The notes: generated by a model not told the origin, from the letters alone. DNA of 64,000 nucleotides from Candidatus Velthaea sp. (GCA_965214935.1 CBDCCS010000011.1:1-64000), one strand, 5' to 3'. Shown: positions 10,013-20,210, numbered from the stretch's first letter. Numbers and translations: made by a program.

Positions 10013-10034
10013 CAGAGGTAATACCAATTTACCA
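10013..10034. promoter_or_regulatory. Candidate FadR-subfamily operator
   Basis: GGT-AAT-ACCAATT followed by TACCA resembles the PdhR/LldR box AATTGGTnnnACCAATT. It is an AT-rich patch about 55 bp upstream of the operon that encodes the FadR-type regulator. Confidence 0.6.
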
Positions 10035-10207
10035 GCCGTGTCCAATGCTGTTTCGGCTGGTGCCGGCGTTGCCCCGCCTCACTCGCGTGGTCCTGACCCT
10101 TAGTTCGACGTCGGCTCCCGGCTTGATTTCCACTTCCAAAACTCGTGAAATAGCTTGCCATTCGTATCGCCCCATGTAGATTGTTGGCGGCGTGCAAAGG
10201 AGTTCGG

Positions 10208-11833
10208 ATGTCGCGTGTTCATGGCTTGCTGACGTGGGGCGTGTTGGCCGCCCTCGTGCCGGGCGCCGCCCGCGCCGCCGACCCCGCCCCGGTGACGGGC
10301 GGCACGCTCGTGTATCTGGAACAGCAGGCGCACACCGCGCTGTACCCACCGGCGGGCGGCTTCTACCCGAACGGCGGCGTGCTGAACCAGATCACCGACA
10401 AGCTGACCTACCAGGACCCCGCGACGCTGAAGATCGGGCCCTGGATCGCGGAGTCCTGGACCGTCAGCCCGGACGACCGCGAGTACACCTTCAAGATCCG
10501 CGACGGCGTGACCTTCTCCGACGGCACGCCGCTCGACGCCGCCGCCGTGGCGCTAAACTATGACACCTACGGTCGCGGCAACACCGCGCTGCACCTGCCG
10601 GTGTCCGAGGTGATCAACAACTACGACCACAGCGAGGTGCTCGACCCGCACACGGTGAAGTTCTTTTTCAAGAAGCCGTCCCCCGGCTTCCTGCAGGGCA
10701 CCTCGGTGATCGGCTCCGGGCTGGTGGCGCCGGCCACGCTGCGGCGCCGGCTGGACGAGCTGGGCGGTGCGGCGGCCATCATCGGCTCCGGCCCGTTCGT
10801 GGTCAGCGGCGAGACGCTGGGGCGCGAGGTCGACCTCGCCGTCCGCCCCGACTACGCCTGGGGACCGAAGGCCGCCGCCCACCAGGGCCGCGCCTACCTC
10901 GACGCGATCAAGGTCGTGGTGACGCCCGAGGACAGCGTCCGCATCGGCTCGCTGCTCGCGGGACAGGCGGACTTCATCCGGCAGCTGCAGGCGTACGACG
11001 AGAAGCAGGTGTCGGCGCAGAGCTTCCCGATCTACGCGGCCCCGACGCGCGGCGTGAACGACAGCGTCGCGTTCCGGCCCGACAACAAGCTGGTGTCCGA
11101 CGTGCGGGTGCGCCAGGCGCTGCTGCACGCCACCGACGCGCATGAGATCGTTAGCACGCTGTTCTCGGCCAACTATCCGCAGGCGACCTCCGTGATCTCC
11201 TCGGTGGCGCTGGGTTATGCGGACCTGTCGGGCACGCTCGCGCACGACCCGGCGCTTGCCCGCAAGCTGCTCGACGAGGCGGGGTGGGCGGTGGGTTCCG
11301 ACGGCGTGCGGCACAAGGACGGCGAGACCCTGGCGCTCGCCGCGCACGAGTCGCCGCCGCAGCCGCAGAACCGCGCGGTGCTGCAGCTGCTGGGGCAGCA
11401 ATGGGCCAAGGTCGGCGTCCGGTTCACCATCCTGCAAGGCTCGGCCGGCGTCACCATCACCGACAACCTCGACCCGCAGAAGACGCCGGTGGTGGTGGCC
11501 GAGGTCGGCCGCGCGGATCCCGACGTGATCAAGAGCCAGTTCCACTTCGCCAACCGCGACGCCCTGCTGCAGAAGGGCGGGCTGAGCAGCAAGGTGCAGG
11601 GCTTCCTGGACCCCACGCTGAACGCCAAGCTCGAGGCGATCGCGGCCGAGACCGACCCGGCCCGCCGCTTGCAAGACGCGATCGACGCGCAGGCCTACCT
11701 GCTGGACCAGGCCTACGTCGTGCCCATCTTCGAGGAGCCGCAGGTGTTCGCGGGCGCGCCCTACGTGCGCGGCGTCGCGTTCGAGGCGGTGGGGCGGCCG
11801 AGCTTCTACGGCGTTTGGCTCGCGCCGCACTGA
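10208..11833 (+). CDS. Family-5 ABC transporter substrate-binding protein (resembles the TIGR04028 / KPN_01854 family)
   Basis: Signal peptide, GGTLVYLEQQAHTALYPPAGGFYPNGG...QITDKLTYQ, FSDGTPLDA, FEAVGRPSFY; AAGGAG RBS before ATG 10208. Confidence 0.88.
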   Translation: MSRVHGLLTWGVLAALVPGAARAADPAPVTGGTLVYLEQQAHTALYPPAGGFYPNGGVLNQITDKLTYQDPATLKIGPWIAESWTVSPDDREYTFKIRDGVTFSDGTPLDAAAVALNYDTYGRGNTALHLPVSEVINNYDHSEVLDPHTVKFFFKKPSPGFLQGTSVIGSGLVAPATLRRRLDELGGAAAIIGSGPFVVSGETLGREVDLAVRPDYAWGPKAAAHQGRAYLDAIKVVVTPEDSVRIGSLLAGQADFIRQLQAYDEKQVSAQSFPIYAAPTRGVNDSVAFRPDNKLVSDVRVRQALLHATDAHEIVSTLFSANYPQATSVISSVALGYADLSGTLAHDPALARKLLDEAGWAVGSDGVRHKDGETLALAAHESPPQPQNRAVLQLLGQQWAKVGVRFTILQGSAGVTITDNLDPQKTPVVVAEVGRADPDVIKSQFHFANRDALLQKGGLSSKVQGFLDPTLNAKLEAIAAETDPARRLQDAIDAQAYLLDQAYVVPIFEEPQVFAGAPYVRGVAFEAVGRPSFYGVWLAPH

Positions 11834-11844
11834 GGGAAGGTGGA

Positions 11845-12783
11845 GTGACGAGGCATCTTGTCGGGCGGTTGGGTCAGGCCATCCTGGTGCTGTGGGCCGC
11901 GTACACGGTGGCCTTCGTGCTGCTGCAGGCGCTCCCGGGCGACGCGCTGCTGATCAAGTTCCAAAACCCCGACATGGGTCTCAGCGCCGAGCAGATCGCC
12001 GACATCCGCGCCTCCTACAGCGCCGACGATCCCATGCTGCTGCGTTACGCGCATAGCATCGGCCACACCCTGCGCGGCGACTTCGGATACTCGGTCCAGG
12101 ACGGCGTGCCGGTCGCCGAGTTGCTGCGGACCGCCCTGCCCGCGACCGCGCGACTGGCCGGGCTCGGCTTCCTGCTCGCGGCGGCGCTGGCGGCGGGCGT
12201 GGCGGCGCTGTCGAGCCTGGCGCCACGATGGCTGAGGGGGGCGGCGCGGGCCCTGCCGTCGCTGTTCGTCTCGCTGCCGACGTTCTGGCTCGGCATCGTG
12301 CTAATCCAGGTGGTGTCGTTCCGCCTCAAACTGATCCCGGTCATCAGCCCCGGGTTCTGGCAGGGGCTGGTGCTGCCGGTGGTGACGGTCGCGGTGCCGA
12401 TTTCCGCACCACTGGCGCAAATCCTGATCCGCAGCATGGACGACGCGCTGGCCCAGCCGTACGTCGCGGTGGCGCGCGCGAAGGGGGCGTCGCGCGGGCG
12501 GGCGCTGTGGCGCTACGTGGTGCCCAACGCGATCCTGCCGCCGCTCACCATCGCCGGCATCCTGCTGGGCGAACTGGTGGCCGGCGCCGTGATCACCGAG
12601 ACGGTGTTCGGCCTGAACGGCCTCGGCACGCTGACGCAACAGGCGGTCGCCAACCAGGACACCTCCGTCCTGCAGGCGGTCGTGGTGCTGGCGGCCTGCG
12701 GGTTCGTCGCGATCAACCTGGTGGTGGACCTGCTCTACCCGGTGCTCGACCCGCGGCTCGCCCGCCGGAGGGTGGCGGCTTGA
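11845..12783 (+). CDS. Peptide/nickel-type ABC permease (DppB-like)
   Basis: LPGD, GDFGYS, EAA-loop YVAVARAKG, ITETVF, DLLYPVLDPR; GTG start after GGAAGGTGGA. Confidence 0.9.
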   Translation: MTRHLVGRLGQAILVLWAAYTVAFVLLQALPGDALLIKFQNPDMGLSAEQIADIRASYSADDPMLLRYAHSIGHTLRGDFGYSVQDGVPVAELLRTALPATARLAGLGFLLAAALAAGVAALSSLAPRWLRGAARALPSLFVSLPTFWLGIVLIQVVSFRLKLIPVISPGFWQGLVLPVVTVAVPISAPLAQILIRSMDDALAQPYVAVARAKGASRGRALWRYVVPNAILPPLTIAGILLGELVAGAVITETVFGLNGLGTLTQQAVANQDTSVLQAVVVLAACGFVAINLVVDLLYPVLDPRLARRRVAA

Positions 12784-13637
12784 GCGGGCTGCAGGCCATC
12801 CAGGCGGTGGCGGCCCCCACCGCGACGCCCGGCGCGCGCCGGCGGCTCGGCCGGGTTCGGCCCGGGCTGGTGCTGGCGTGGCTGGTGGTGGCGGTGGTCG
12901 CGCTCTGGGCGGTGGCTCCGGGCCTGTTCACCGGCTACAGCGGCACCGACGGCGTGGCGGGCCAACAGCTGCGGGCGCCCTCGGCCGCCCACTTCCTCGG
13001 CACCGACCAGCTTGGCCGCGACGTGTTCGCCCGGATCGTGTATGGCGCGGTCAACTCGCTCGCCGGCGCGGTGGTGGCGGTGGCGGTGGGGTTGGCGGTC
13101 GGCACCACGCTCGGCGTGGTCGCGGGCGCGCTGGGGGGTGTGGTGGACGCCGCCGTGATGCGGGCGGTGGACGTGCTGCTGTCGATCCCGAGCCTGCTGC
13201 TGTCGCTGTCGATCATCGTGCTGCTGGGGTTCGGCACGGTCCACGCGGCGATCGCCGTCGGCATCGGCGCGATCGCCAGCTTCGCCCGGCTGGTGCGCTC
13301 CGAGGTGGTGCGGGTGCGCGGGCTCGACTATGTCGAGGCGGCCTATGGCAGCGGTGGCACGGTTCGCGCCGTGTTGTGGCGGCACGTGCTGCCGAACTCG
13401 CTGACCCCGGTGGTGGCGTTCGCGGCGTTGCAGTTCGGCAGCGCCATCCTGTCGATCTCGACGCTGGGCTTCCTCGGCTACGGCGCGCCGCCGCCGACGC
13501 CCGAGTGGGGGCTGCTGATCGCCGAGGGCCGCAACTACATCTCGACCGCGTGGTGGCTGACCACCTTCCCCGGCGTGGTGGTGGTGCTGGTGGTGCTGGC
13601 GGCCAACCGCATCAGCCAGTCGGTGCGGGCCGCTTGA
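12780..13637 (+). CDS. Peptide/nickel-type ABC permease (DppC-like)
   Basis: HFLGTDQLGRDVFARIVYG, YVEAA...HVLPN, PPTPEWG; TTG overlaps the upstream stop. Confidence 0.9.
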   Translation: MSGLQAIQAVAAPTATPGARRRLGRVRPGLVLAWLVVAVVALWAVAPGLFTGYSGTDGVAGQQLRAPSAAHFLGTDQLGRDVFARIVYGAVNSLAGAVVAVAVGLAVGTTLGVVAGALGGVVDAAVMRAVDVLLSIPSLLLSLSIIVLLGFGTVHAAIAVGIGAIASFARLVRSEVVRVRGLDYVEAAYGSGGTVRAVLWRHVLPNSLTPVVAFAALQFGSAILSISTLGFLGYGAPPPTPEWGLLIAEGRNYISTAWWLTTFPGVVVVLVVLAANRISQSVRAA

Positions 13638-14629
13638 CCCCGCCCGTGCTGGAGGTGGAGGGGCTGTCGGTCTCCTACCGCGACGCCGACACGCGGCAGC
13701 GCGTGGTCCACGATTTGTCGTTGCACGTGGGCGCGGGCGAGACGGTGGCGCTGGTGGGCGAGTCCGGCTCCGGCAAGACGACCACGGCGCAGGCGATCCT
13801 CGGGTTGCTGGCCGAGGGCGGCCGGATCGACGGGGGCGCGGTGCGGCTCGACGGCACCGACATCGCGCACTGGCCGCAACGCCGGCTGGACGCGGTGCGC
13901 GGGGCCCGGATCAGCCTGATCCCGCAGGATCCCGGCGGCGCGCTCGACCCGGTGCGCACCATCGGCCGTCAAGTCGCCGAGATCCTCGAAATCCATCGCC
14001 GCGGCGGGCGGCGGGCGATCGAGTCCCAGGTTGTCGAGTTGCTGGCCCGCGTCGGCCTGCCGGAGCCGGCGCGGCGCGCGGGGCAGTATCCGCACCAGCT
14101 GTCCGGCGGCATGAAACAGCGCGTGCTGATCGCGATCGCGGTGGCGCTGCGCCCGGCGCTGATCGTCGCCGACGAGCCGACCAGCGCGCTCGACGTCACC
14201 GTGCAGCGTCACATTCTGGACTTGATCGACGAACTGCGGCGGCAAGACGGGACGGCGATGCTGCTGGTGACGCACGATTTGGGTGTCGCCGCCGACCGCG
14301 CCGACCGGCTGGTGGTGATGCGGCACGGCCGGATCCAGGAGCAGGGCCGCACCGCCGACGTGATCGCCGCCCCGCACAGCCCGTACACGCGGCAGTTGCT
14401 GGCCGACCGGCCCGGCCGGCTGCCCGCCCGTCGGCCAACGCCGGCGCGGGCCGACCACGCGATCGTGGTCGAAGCGCTGGGGCACGACTACGTGGACGCC
14501 GGCGGCCGTTCCAATTGCCCTCGTTTCCGTCGGCCCCGAGCGCGCCGCGTTCGCTCAAGTACTGTAAAGGTCGGCGCTCGAATGCGCGTGTCGCGAATCT
14601 GCCAAGGACGTGCGACACGCCGTCAATGA
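13634..14629 (+). pseudogene. Double-domain peptide ABC ATPase, truncated at ~14,510 at the start of the second domain
   Basis: Complete first domain (GESGSGKTT, YPHQLSGGMKQRV, ADEPT, HDLG, PYTRQLL). The second domain starts (IVVEALGHDY) and then runs into unrelated sequence with no second Walker A. Confidence 0.8.
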
Positions 14630-14631
14630 CG

Positions 14632-14658
14632 TAAGGTTGCTGCATATCGAGCCGATAG
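14632..14658 (+). promoter_or_regulatory. Sigma-28 (FliA/SigD) type promoter upstream of fliF
   Basis: TAAG-N15-GCCGATAG versus consensus TAAA-N15-GCCGATAA/T. Confidence 0.75.
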
Positions 14659-14744
14659 ATGAGATATCGGACTCGGATGTCCGGTGATCACGGCCATGGC
14701 AGGCCCGCCGGCGAGTCTCCTCGAGAGCTCGCACAAGGTCGCAT

Positions 14745-16433
14745 TTGGATAGCTATACGTCGTCGTTGGCGGATATGACGCAGCGATTGCGGGACCTGTG
14801 GGGCGCTCAGAACCGCAGCGTCCGAATTCTTATGGGAATGGTCGGCGGAGCGCTTGTGGTCGGCGTTGCTATTTTCGCGTTCATGCGCATGCGCGGTCCC
14901 GACTACGGCGTATTATTTGCAAATTTAGGACCTGACGACGCGAGCGCCGTCGTGACGAAACTCAAGGACGGCAAGATTCCGTATACCTTGAGTAACGGCG
15001 GCACGACGATTTTAGTACCGCAAGAAAGCGTCTATGAAGAGCGCGTGCTGCTTGCCGGTGAGGGCACCGTCAAAGGCGGCGGTTCCGGTTACGAGCTGTT
15101 CGACAAGATGAATTTCGGCATGACCGATTTTCAAGAGAAGATCGCAAAACAGCGGGCGACCGAAGGCGAACTTCAACGCACGATCGCCGGACTCACGCCT
15201 GTCGAATCGGCGCGCGTTCATCTCGCTTCGCCCGAAGCATCGCTGTACAGCTCGGTGCAAGAACCGACGACGGCTTCGGTTGCGATCAAAACCAAACCCG
15301 GCATGCAATTGGGACCAAGTGAAGTACGCGGTATCACGCAGCTCGTCGCCAATTCCGTCGAAGGTCTCAAAGCCGACAACGTGACCATCGTCAATCAGGA
15401 CGGAAACGTGCTCGTGCCGTCAGCCGGCGATCCGAGCGATCCGGCAGTTGCAGCGCAAGCCGGCGCCCTGAAATTAACGCAAGAGCAGCTCGTTGCCAAA
15501 CAGCACTTCGAGACGAACCTGCAAGAAAATATCCAAGGACTGCTCGACGCCGTAATCGGCCCGCATCGGTCCGCGGTGCGCGTTGCGACCGATATGAATT
15601 TCGATGCAAACGAGAGCGAATCGAAAACGTATGCACCGCAAGGCACCGTCCTATCGCAACAGACGGAAAAAGAACAGTATGCCGGTACGCCGCCCAAGGG
15701 CGGCGCCGGCGGTGTCCCCGGTACGTCGTCCAATAGCGTGCCGAGTTATCAAGGTGCGCAGTCCGGTACGTCCTCGGGAAACTACAAAAAGTCCAAAGCA
15801 ACGGTCAACTACGACATTACGGAACAAAACAACAAACACGTCGATGCACCGGGTAAACTCACCCGTGAAAGTGTCGCGGTACTCGTCAACGTTCCGGGTG
15901 CGCCGGCAGCAACGGCGGTCGCCGGTGCCGCCGGTACGGCAGCGATCAGCGCGTTGCCGCAATATACGCTCGCCGCCGCCGACATCATCAAAATAAAAAA
16001 TGTCGTCGCTGCCGCCGCCGGCATCGATCCGACCCGCGGCGACCAAATTTCGGTCGAAGCGATTCCGTTCGCACCGCTGCCCGAGCCCGTCGTCGAACGC
16101 GTGCAAACCGTCTTCGGCCTGCCCGTGTCGGTGCTTGTGGCGGTCGGTCTGGTGACGCTGTTGGGACTTGCGGGCTTCATGGCACTGCGCATGCGCCGGC
16201 GTCCGGCCGGCGCCGATGCAGCGGCCCAGTTGCCGTCGTTCGACTCGTCGCTTGCCGAGCAACTGCCGTCATTCGCCGATCATCCGATGCTCGAAGGCTC
16301 GGCAGATCTTTCTCTACCGATCCGTTCGGCCGCCGATCTCACGCGCGAACAAATGATCGAATACGTTACCGGGGTCGCCAACGAGAATCCCGACAGTATC
16401 GCAAAACTTGTCAAGCTCTGGCTTGCGGAGTAG
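14745..16433 (+). CDS. fliF: Flagellar MS-ring protein
   Basis: N-terminal TM, GYELFDKMNFGMTDF, EGELQRTI, SARVHL, second TM, C-terminal NPDSIAKLVKLWL. Start TTG 14745 or ATG 14775. Confidence 0.96.
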   Translation: MDSYTSSLADMTQRLRDLWGAQNRSVRILMGMVGGALVVGVAIFAFMRMRGPDYGVLFANLGPDDASAVVTKLKDGKIPYTLSNGGTTILVPQESVYEERVLLAGEGTVKGGGSGYELFDKMNFGMTDFQEKIAKQRATEGELQRTIAGLTPVESARVHLASPEASLYSSVQEPTTASVAIKTKPGMQLGPSEVRGITQLVANSVEGLKADNVTIVNQDGNVLVPSAGDPSDPAVAAQAGALKLTQEQLVAKQHFETNLQENIQGLLDAVIGPHRSAVRVATDMNFDANESESKTYAPQGTVLSQQTEKEQYAGTPPKGGAGGVPGTSSNSVPSYQGAQSGTSSGNYKKSKATVNYDITEQNNKHVDAPGKLTRESVAVLVNVPGAPAATAVAGAAGTAAISALPQYTLAAADIIKIKNVVAAAAGIDPTRGDQISVEAIPFAPLPEPVVERVQTVFGLPVSVLVAVGLVTLLGLAGFMALRMRRRPAGADAAAQLPSFDSSLAEQLPSFADHPMLEGSADLSLPIRSAADLTREQMIEYVTGVANENPDSIAKLVKLWLAE

Positions 16434-16440
16434 AGGCGCC

Positions 16441-17535
16441 ATGTCCATGATCAGCGATGGTCCGATCGGTAATCCGGGCAGCTTCGACCTCATCGTGCCG
16501 CGTGCGCCGTTGGCAACGGTAAACGCACCGGTCAGCCGTGAGATGGCCGGTCCCGAAAAAGCAGCGATCTTGATGATCACGCTGGGCATCGATCTTTCGG
16601 CGAAGCTCTTTAAATTTTTGCGTCAAGACGAAGTCGAACTCGTCGTGCTCGAGATCGCGAAAATTTCGACGGTCTCCATCGAAAAGCGCGACGCGGTCAT
16701 TCAAGAAGCGTATCAACGCGCGATCGCGCTTAAGTACATCAACGAAGGCGGCATCGAATATGCCAAAGAGATTCTCGAGCGTTCGTTCGGCGCCGGTCAA
16801 GCCGACGACGTTACGACGCGCCTGTTTGCCGCGCTCAAACATGACAGTCCGCTCGAACTCGTCAAGAAAACCGAACCGGCGCAACTCCTTGAATTCATCA
16901 AAGAAGAACATCCTCAGACGATCGCTTTGATCTGCGTGTATATGGCGGCCGAATCGGCCGGCGTGGTGATCTCCGCGCTCGACCCCGAATTACAGGGCGA
17001 AGTCGCAATGCGGATCGCAATCCTGCAAAAAACGGCGCCGGAAATCTTAGAACAGCTCGATGAATTGCTAGGCCGCCGGTTACTGGTAAGCGGTGCGGAT
17101 TCAACCAAAGCGGGCGGCGTGCAGTCGCTCGCGACGGTCATGGGCTATGTCGATCGCGCGACCGAACGGAACATTCTCGACGGTCTCATCAAACGCGATC
17201 CGGTGATCGCCGAAGAAGTGAAGAGCTTGCTCTTCGTGTTCGAAGACATCATCAAGATGGACGATCGTGCGGTGCAGCGCGTGCTCAAAGACGTCGACAG
17301 CAAAGATCTCGCGCTTGCGCTCAAAACCGCCGTACCCGAACTGCTCGAACACATCTACAAGAACATGTCGACGCGAGCCGCCGCGACACTCAAAGAAGAG
17401 ATCGAAATTTTGGGTGCCAAGCGGATGTCCGAAGTCGGCAAAGCACAGCAAAATGTCGTCGACGTCATTCGCACGCTCGAGGAAAGCGGCCAAATCGTCA
17501 TTGCGCGCGGTTCGAACGAAGAAGCCTTGGTCTAA
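16441..17535 (+). CDS. fliG: Flagellar motor switch protein
   Basis: EKAAILMITLG, GGIEYAKEIL, EHPQTIALI, LFVFEDI, KNMSTRAA. Confidence 0.96.
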   Translation: MSMISDGPIGNPGSFDLIVPRAPLATVNAPVSREMAGPEKAAILMITLGIDLSAKLFKFLRQDEVELVVLEIAKISTVSIEKRDAVIQEAYQRAIALKYINEGGIEYAKEILERSFGAGQADDVTTRLFAALKHDSPLELVKKTEPAQLLEFIKEEHPQTIALICVYMAAESAGVVISALDPELQGEVAMRIAILQKTAPEILEQLDELLGRRLLVSGADSTKAGGVQSLATVMGYVDRATERNILDGLIKRDPVIAEEVKSLLFVFEDIIKMDDRAVQRVLKDVDSKDLALALKTAVPELLEHIYKNMSTRAAATLKEEIEILGAKRMSEVGKAQQNVVDVIRTLEESGQIVIARGSNEEALV

Positions 17536-17544
17536 CGGCGCGCC

Positions 17545-18414
17545 ATGGGCAAAGTCATCAAAGGCTCTCCGGCAAATCCGGAGCGCTACACCGTTGCCAT
17601 TCCGGTGTTCGTCCCGCCGCCGCGCGCGTACGAAGTTCCGGAAGGTGACCCCAATGGTGTGCCCGACTTTGATTCGGCTTTTGCACTCGACTCGGCGCTC
17701 TTGGAGCCGGCCGCGCCGCCCTTCGATCTCGACGCCGTCAACGCGCAAGCGCAAGCACTCATCGACGATGCCGCGCGCGACGCGCAGACTTCGGTCGATG
17801 AAGCAACGTCAACGGCCCGTGTCATCGTCGACGAAGCCAACGCCCAAGCCGTGAAAATCAGCGACGATGCGCGTCGCGCGGGCGAGGCGGCCGGTTACGC
17901 TGCGGGCGTGCAGTCGGCGCACGACGAGATGAACGACATGTTGGATGCGCTGCGCGATCTGCTCGAAGCCGGCGCCGCCGAACGGCACGCGCTCATCGAT
18001 TCGGCCGAACCCGAACTCGTGCGGCTCGCCGTTGCGATCGCCGAGCGGGTGTTACATCAGCAAATTGCACTCGATCGCGGCGTGGTGGTCGAGATGGCGA
18101 AAGCCGCGATCGCACGGATCGTCGACCGCGAGAAAATAACCGTTCGGGTGAATCCGGCCGACGTCGAGCGCATGCGCGAACATCGCGAACAATTGCTCGC
18201 CCTGGGCGACGTAAAAACGATGCGGGTGATCGAAGATCAGCGGGTCGATCGCGGCGGCGTCATCATCGAAACCGACGCCGGCAGCATCGATGCGAAAATC
18301 TCGACGCAACTCAGCGAAGTGCGAAAGATCTTGCACATTGTCGATGATATCATTGTCGAACCGGCGCCTTTGCCGATCGTCGATGACGTCATGAGCGAAG
18401 CCCGAGCGTCGTAA
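17545..18414 (+). CDS. fliH: Flagellar export ATPase regulator
   Basis: GxxxG repeats, VRVNPAD, RGGVIIETDAGSIDA; located between fliG and fliI. Confidence 0.93.
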   Translation: MGKVIKGSPANPERYTVAIPVFVPPPRAYEVPEGDPNGVPDFDSAFALDSALLEPAAPPFDLDAVNAQAQALIDDAARDAQTSVDEATSTARVIVDEANAQAVKISDDARRAGEAAGYAAGVQSAHDEMNDMLDALRDLLEAGAAERHALIDSAEPELVRLAVAIAERVLHQQIALDRGVVVEMAKAAIARIVDREKITVRVNPADVERMREHREQLLALGDVKTMRVIEDQRVDRGGVIIETDAGSIDAKISTQLSEVRKILHIVDDIIVEPAPLPIVDDVMSEARAS

Positions 18415-18417
18415 CGG

Positions 18418-19749
18418 ATGGCGCAGCACGAGTCGCGACCGGCGGTGTTTCGCGCCGACCGGTATCTCACCGATTTGCGCTCCGGCGATCTCATTCGCCA
18501 TAACGGCAAAGTCCGGCAAGTTATCGGCGTGGTCGTTGAATCGAACGGCCCGTCGATGTCGATCGGCGAGACGGCAAACATCATCTACAAGCGCAATGCG
18601 GCTCCGGTGCTCGCCGAAGCGGTCGGCTTTCGAGACCGCAACGTGCTGCTGATGCCTTTGGGCGAACTCGGCGGCATTAGCGCCGGCTCCGACGTCGTTT
18701 CGCTCGGAAAACCGCTCCAAGTCGGCTTGTCGAACGGACTGCTGGGCCGCGTTCTGGACGGCATGGGACGGCCGCTCGACGGCAAGGGCCGCATCGTGGA
18801 TGCCGTTCACTCGCAAATTACCGGCACGCCGCCCAACGCATTAACGCGCCGGCGCGTCGACTCACCGCTTTCGCTCGGCGTGCGCGCGATCGACGGATTG
18901 CTGACCTGCGGACGCGGTCAGCGCGTCGGCATCTTCGCCGGCAGCGGCGTCGGCAAGTCGACGGTGTTGGGCATGATCGCGCGTAATACCGAAGCTGACG
19001 TCAACGTCATCGCGCTCGTCGGCGAACGCGGCAAAGAAGTGCGGGATTTCGTCGAACGCGATCTCGGCGAAGCGGGCTTGCGGCGGTCCGTCGTCGTGGT
19101 TGCAACGAGCGACCAACCCGCGCTGGTGCGAATCAAGGCGGCGTTCGTGGCGACGCGAATTGCCGAATACTTCCGTGACGCCGGGCTCGATGTGATGTTG
19201 ATGATGGACAGCGTCACGCGTTTTGCGATGGCCCAGCGCGAGGTGGGTTTAGCGATCGGCGAACCGACGACGACGCGTGGCTACACGCCGTCGGTTTTCG
19301 CATTACTCCCGAAATTGCTCGAACGTGCCGGCACCTCGGAGACCGGAACGATTACCGGGCTCTATACGGTTCTCGTCGACGGCGACGACATGAACGAGCC
19401 CGTCGCCGACGCGGTGCGCTCGATTCTCGATGGACATATCGTGCTGTCGCGCAAACTTGCCGCCGCCAATCACTATCCGGCGATCGACGTGCTGGCAAGC
19501 ATCAGCCGCGTCATGTCCGACGTCGTTTCACCCGCGCACGGCGCCGCGGCGTCCGCCGTCCGCGATCTCATGGCAACCTACCGTGAAGCCGAAGATCTCA
19601 TCAACATCGGAGCGTACGTGGCCGGGTCGAATCCGCGCGTCGATCTGGCGCTCGCGCGCTACGAAGATATACGCGCGTTTCTGCGCCAAGGCGTCAACGA
19701 TCAATCGACGTTTGGCGACGCCGAAACGGCGATGGTTGGTCTGGGATGA
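18418..19749 (+). CDS. fliI: Flagellar export ATPase
   Basis: GIFAGSGVGKS, GERGKEV, DSVTRFAMAQRE, DGHIVLSR. Confidence 0.97.
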   Translation: MAQHESRPAVFRADRYLTDLRSGDLIRHNGKVRQVIGVVVESNGPSMSIGETANIIYKRNAAPVLAEAVGFRDRNVLLMPLGELGGISAGSDVVSLGKPLQVGLSNGLLGRVLDGMGRPLDGKGRIVDAVHSQITGTPPNALTRRRVDSPLSLGVRAIDGLLTCGRGQRVGIFAGSGVGKSTVLGMIARNTEADVNVIALVGERGKEVRDFVERDLGEAGLRRSVVVVATSDQPALVRIKAAFVATRIAEYFRDAGLDVMLMMDSVTRFAMAQREVGLAIGEPTTTRGYTPSVFALLPKLLERAGTSETGTITGLYTVLVDGDDMNEPVADAVRSILDGHIVLSRKLAAANHYPAIDVLASISRVMSDVVSPAHGAAASAVRDLMATYREAEDLINIGAYVAGSNPRVDLALARYEDIRAFLRQGVNDQSTFGDAETAMVGLG

Positions 19750-20210
19750 CATCCCGGTTTCGTTTTCGTCTCCAACCGGTGCTCGAACACCGCGAGCGCA
19801 TTCTCGACGAGCGTCAACGCGTTTTTGCGCAGAAGCAACGCGACGTCGCCGAGGCGGAAGCAACGGCTGCGGCGCTCGAGGCGGAGCGCGAGAAGCAACG
19901 CGCTGCCTTGACGCGCGATCATACGCGAATCGACGTCGATGCGTTGCGCGCAACGTACGCACATCTTGCGTACCTGGATCGGTCGATCGCCGATCACGCG
20001 GTTCGCCGCGCCGCGTGCAGCGCGGAACTCGCGCGCGCGCAACACGAACTGGTCGCTGCGAATACCGACCGTAAAGTTCTCGAGACGCTCAAAGCACGGC
20101 GATTCGAGGCGCACCGCGCCGACGAAGCGCAGCTCGAGCAGCGCGACGTCGACGATCAAAACGCCCGCCGCTACGTCCGCATCCTCAAGCCCGAAGGGAA
20201 CGACACATGA
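19746..20210 (+). CDS. fliJ: Flagellar export protein FliJ
   Basis: FRFRLQPVL start, coiled coil, KVLETLK...EQRDVD; follows fliI. Confidence 0.92.
   Translation: MTSRFRFRLQPVLEHRERILDERQRVFAQKQRDVAEAEATAAALEAEREKQRAALTRDHTRIDVDALRATYAHLAYLDRSIADHAVRRAACSAELARAQHELVAANTDRKVLETLKARRFEAHRADEAQLEQRDVDDQNARRYVRILKPEGNDT

Noticed and set aside
7276..10197. 973-aa ORF suggesting a giant ABC ATPase fusion
   Set aside because: The N-terminal half is an Arg-rich alternative frame over the binding-protein gene. The ATPase starts at 8784.
135..14485. Many long overlapping or antisense ORFs (e.g. 5098..6498, 8787..9947, 10553..11830)
   Set aside because: Expected stop-codon scarcity in high-GC DNA. They are Arg/Gly/Pro-rich with no motifs and overlap well-supported genes.
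14196..14645. Minus-strand ORF crossing the junction
   Set aside because: It spans two unrelated sequence blocks. The short right-hand part might be the start of a truncated divergent gene but is too short to support.
14667..14731. Three short hairpins in the fliF leader, one with GGA in the loop (CsrA-like)
   Set aside because: Stems of 4-6 bp are common at this GC content and no known riboswitch consensus is visible.
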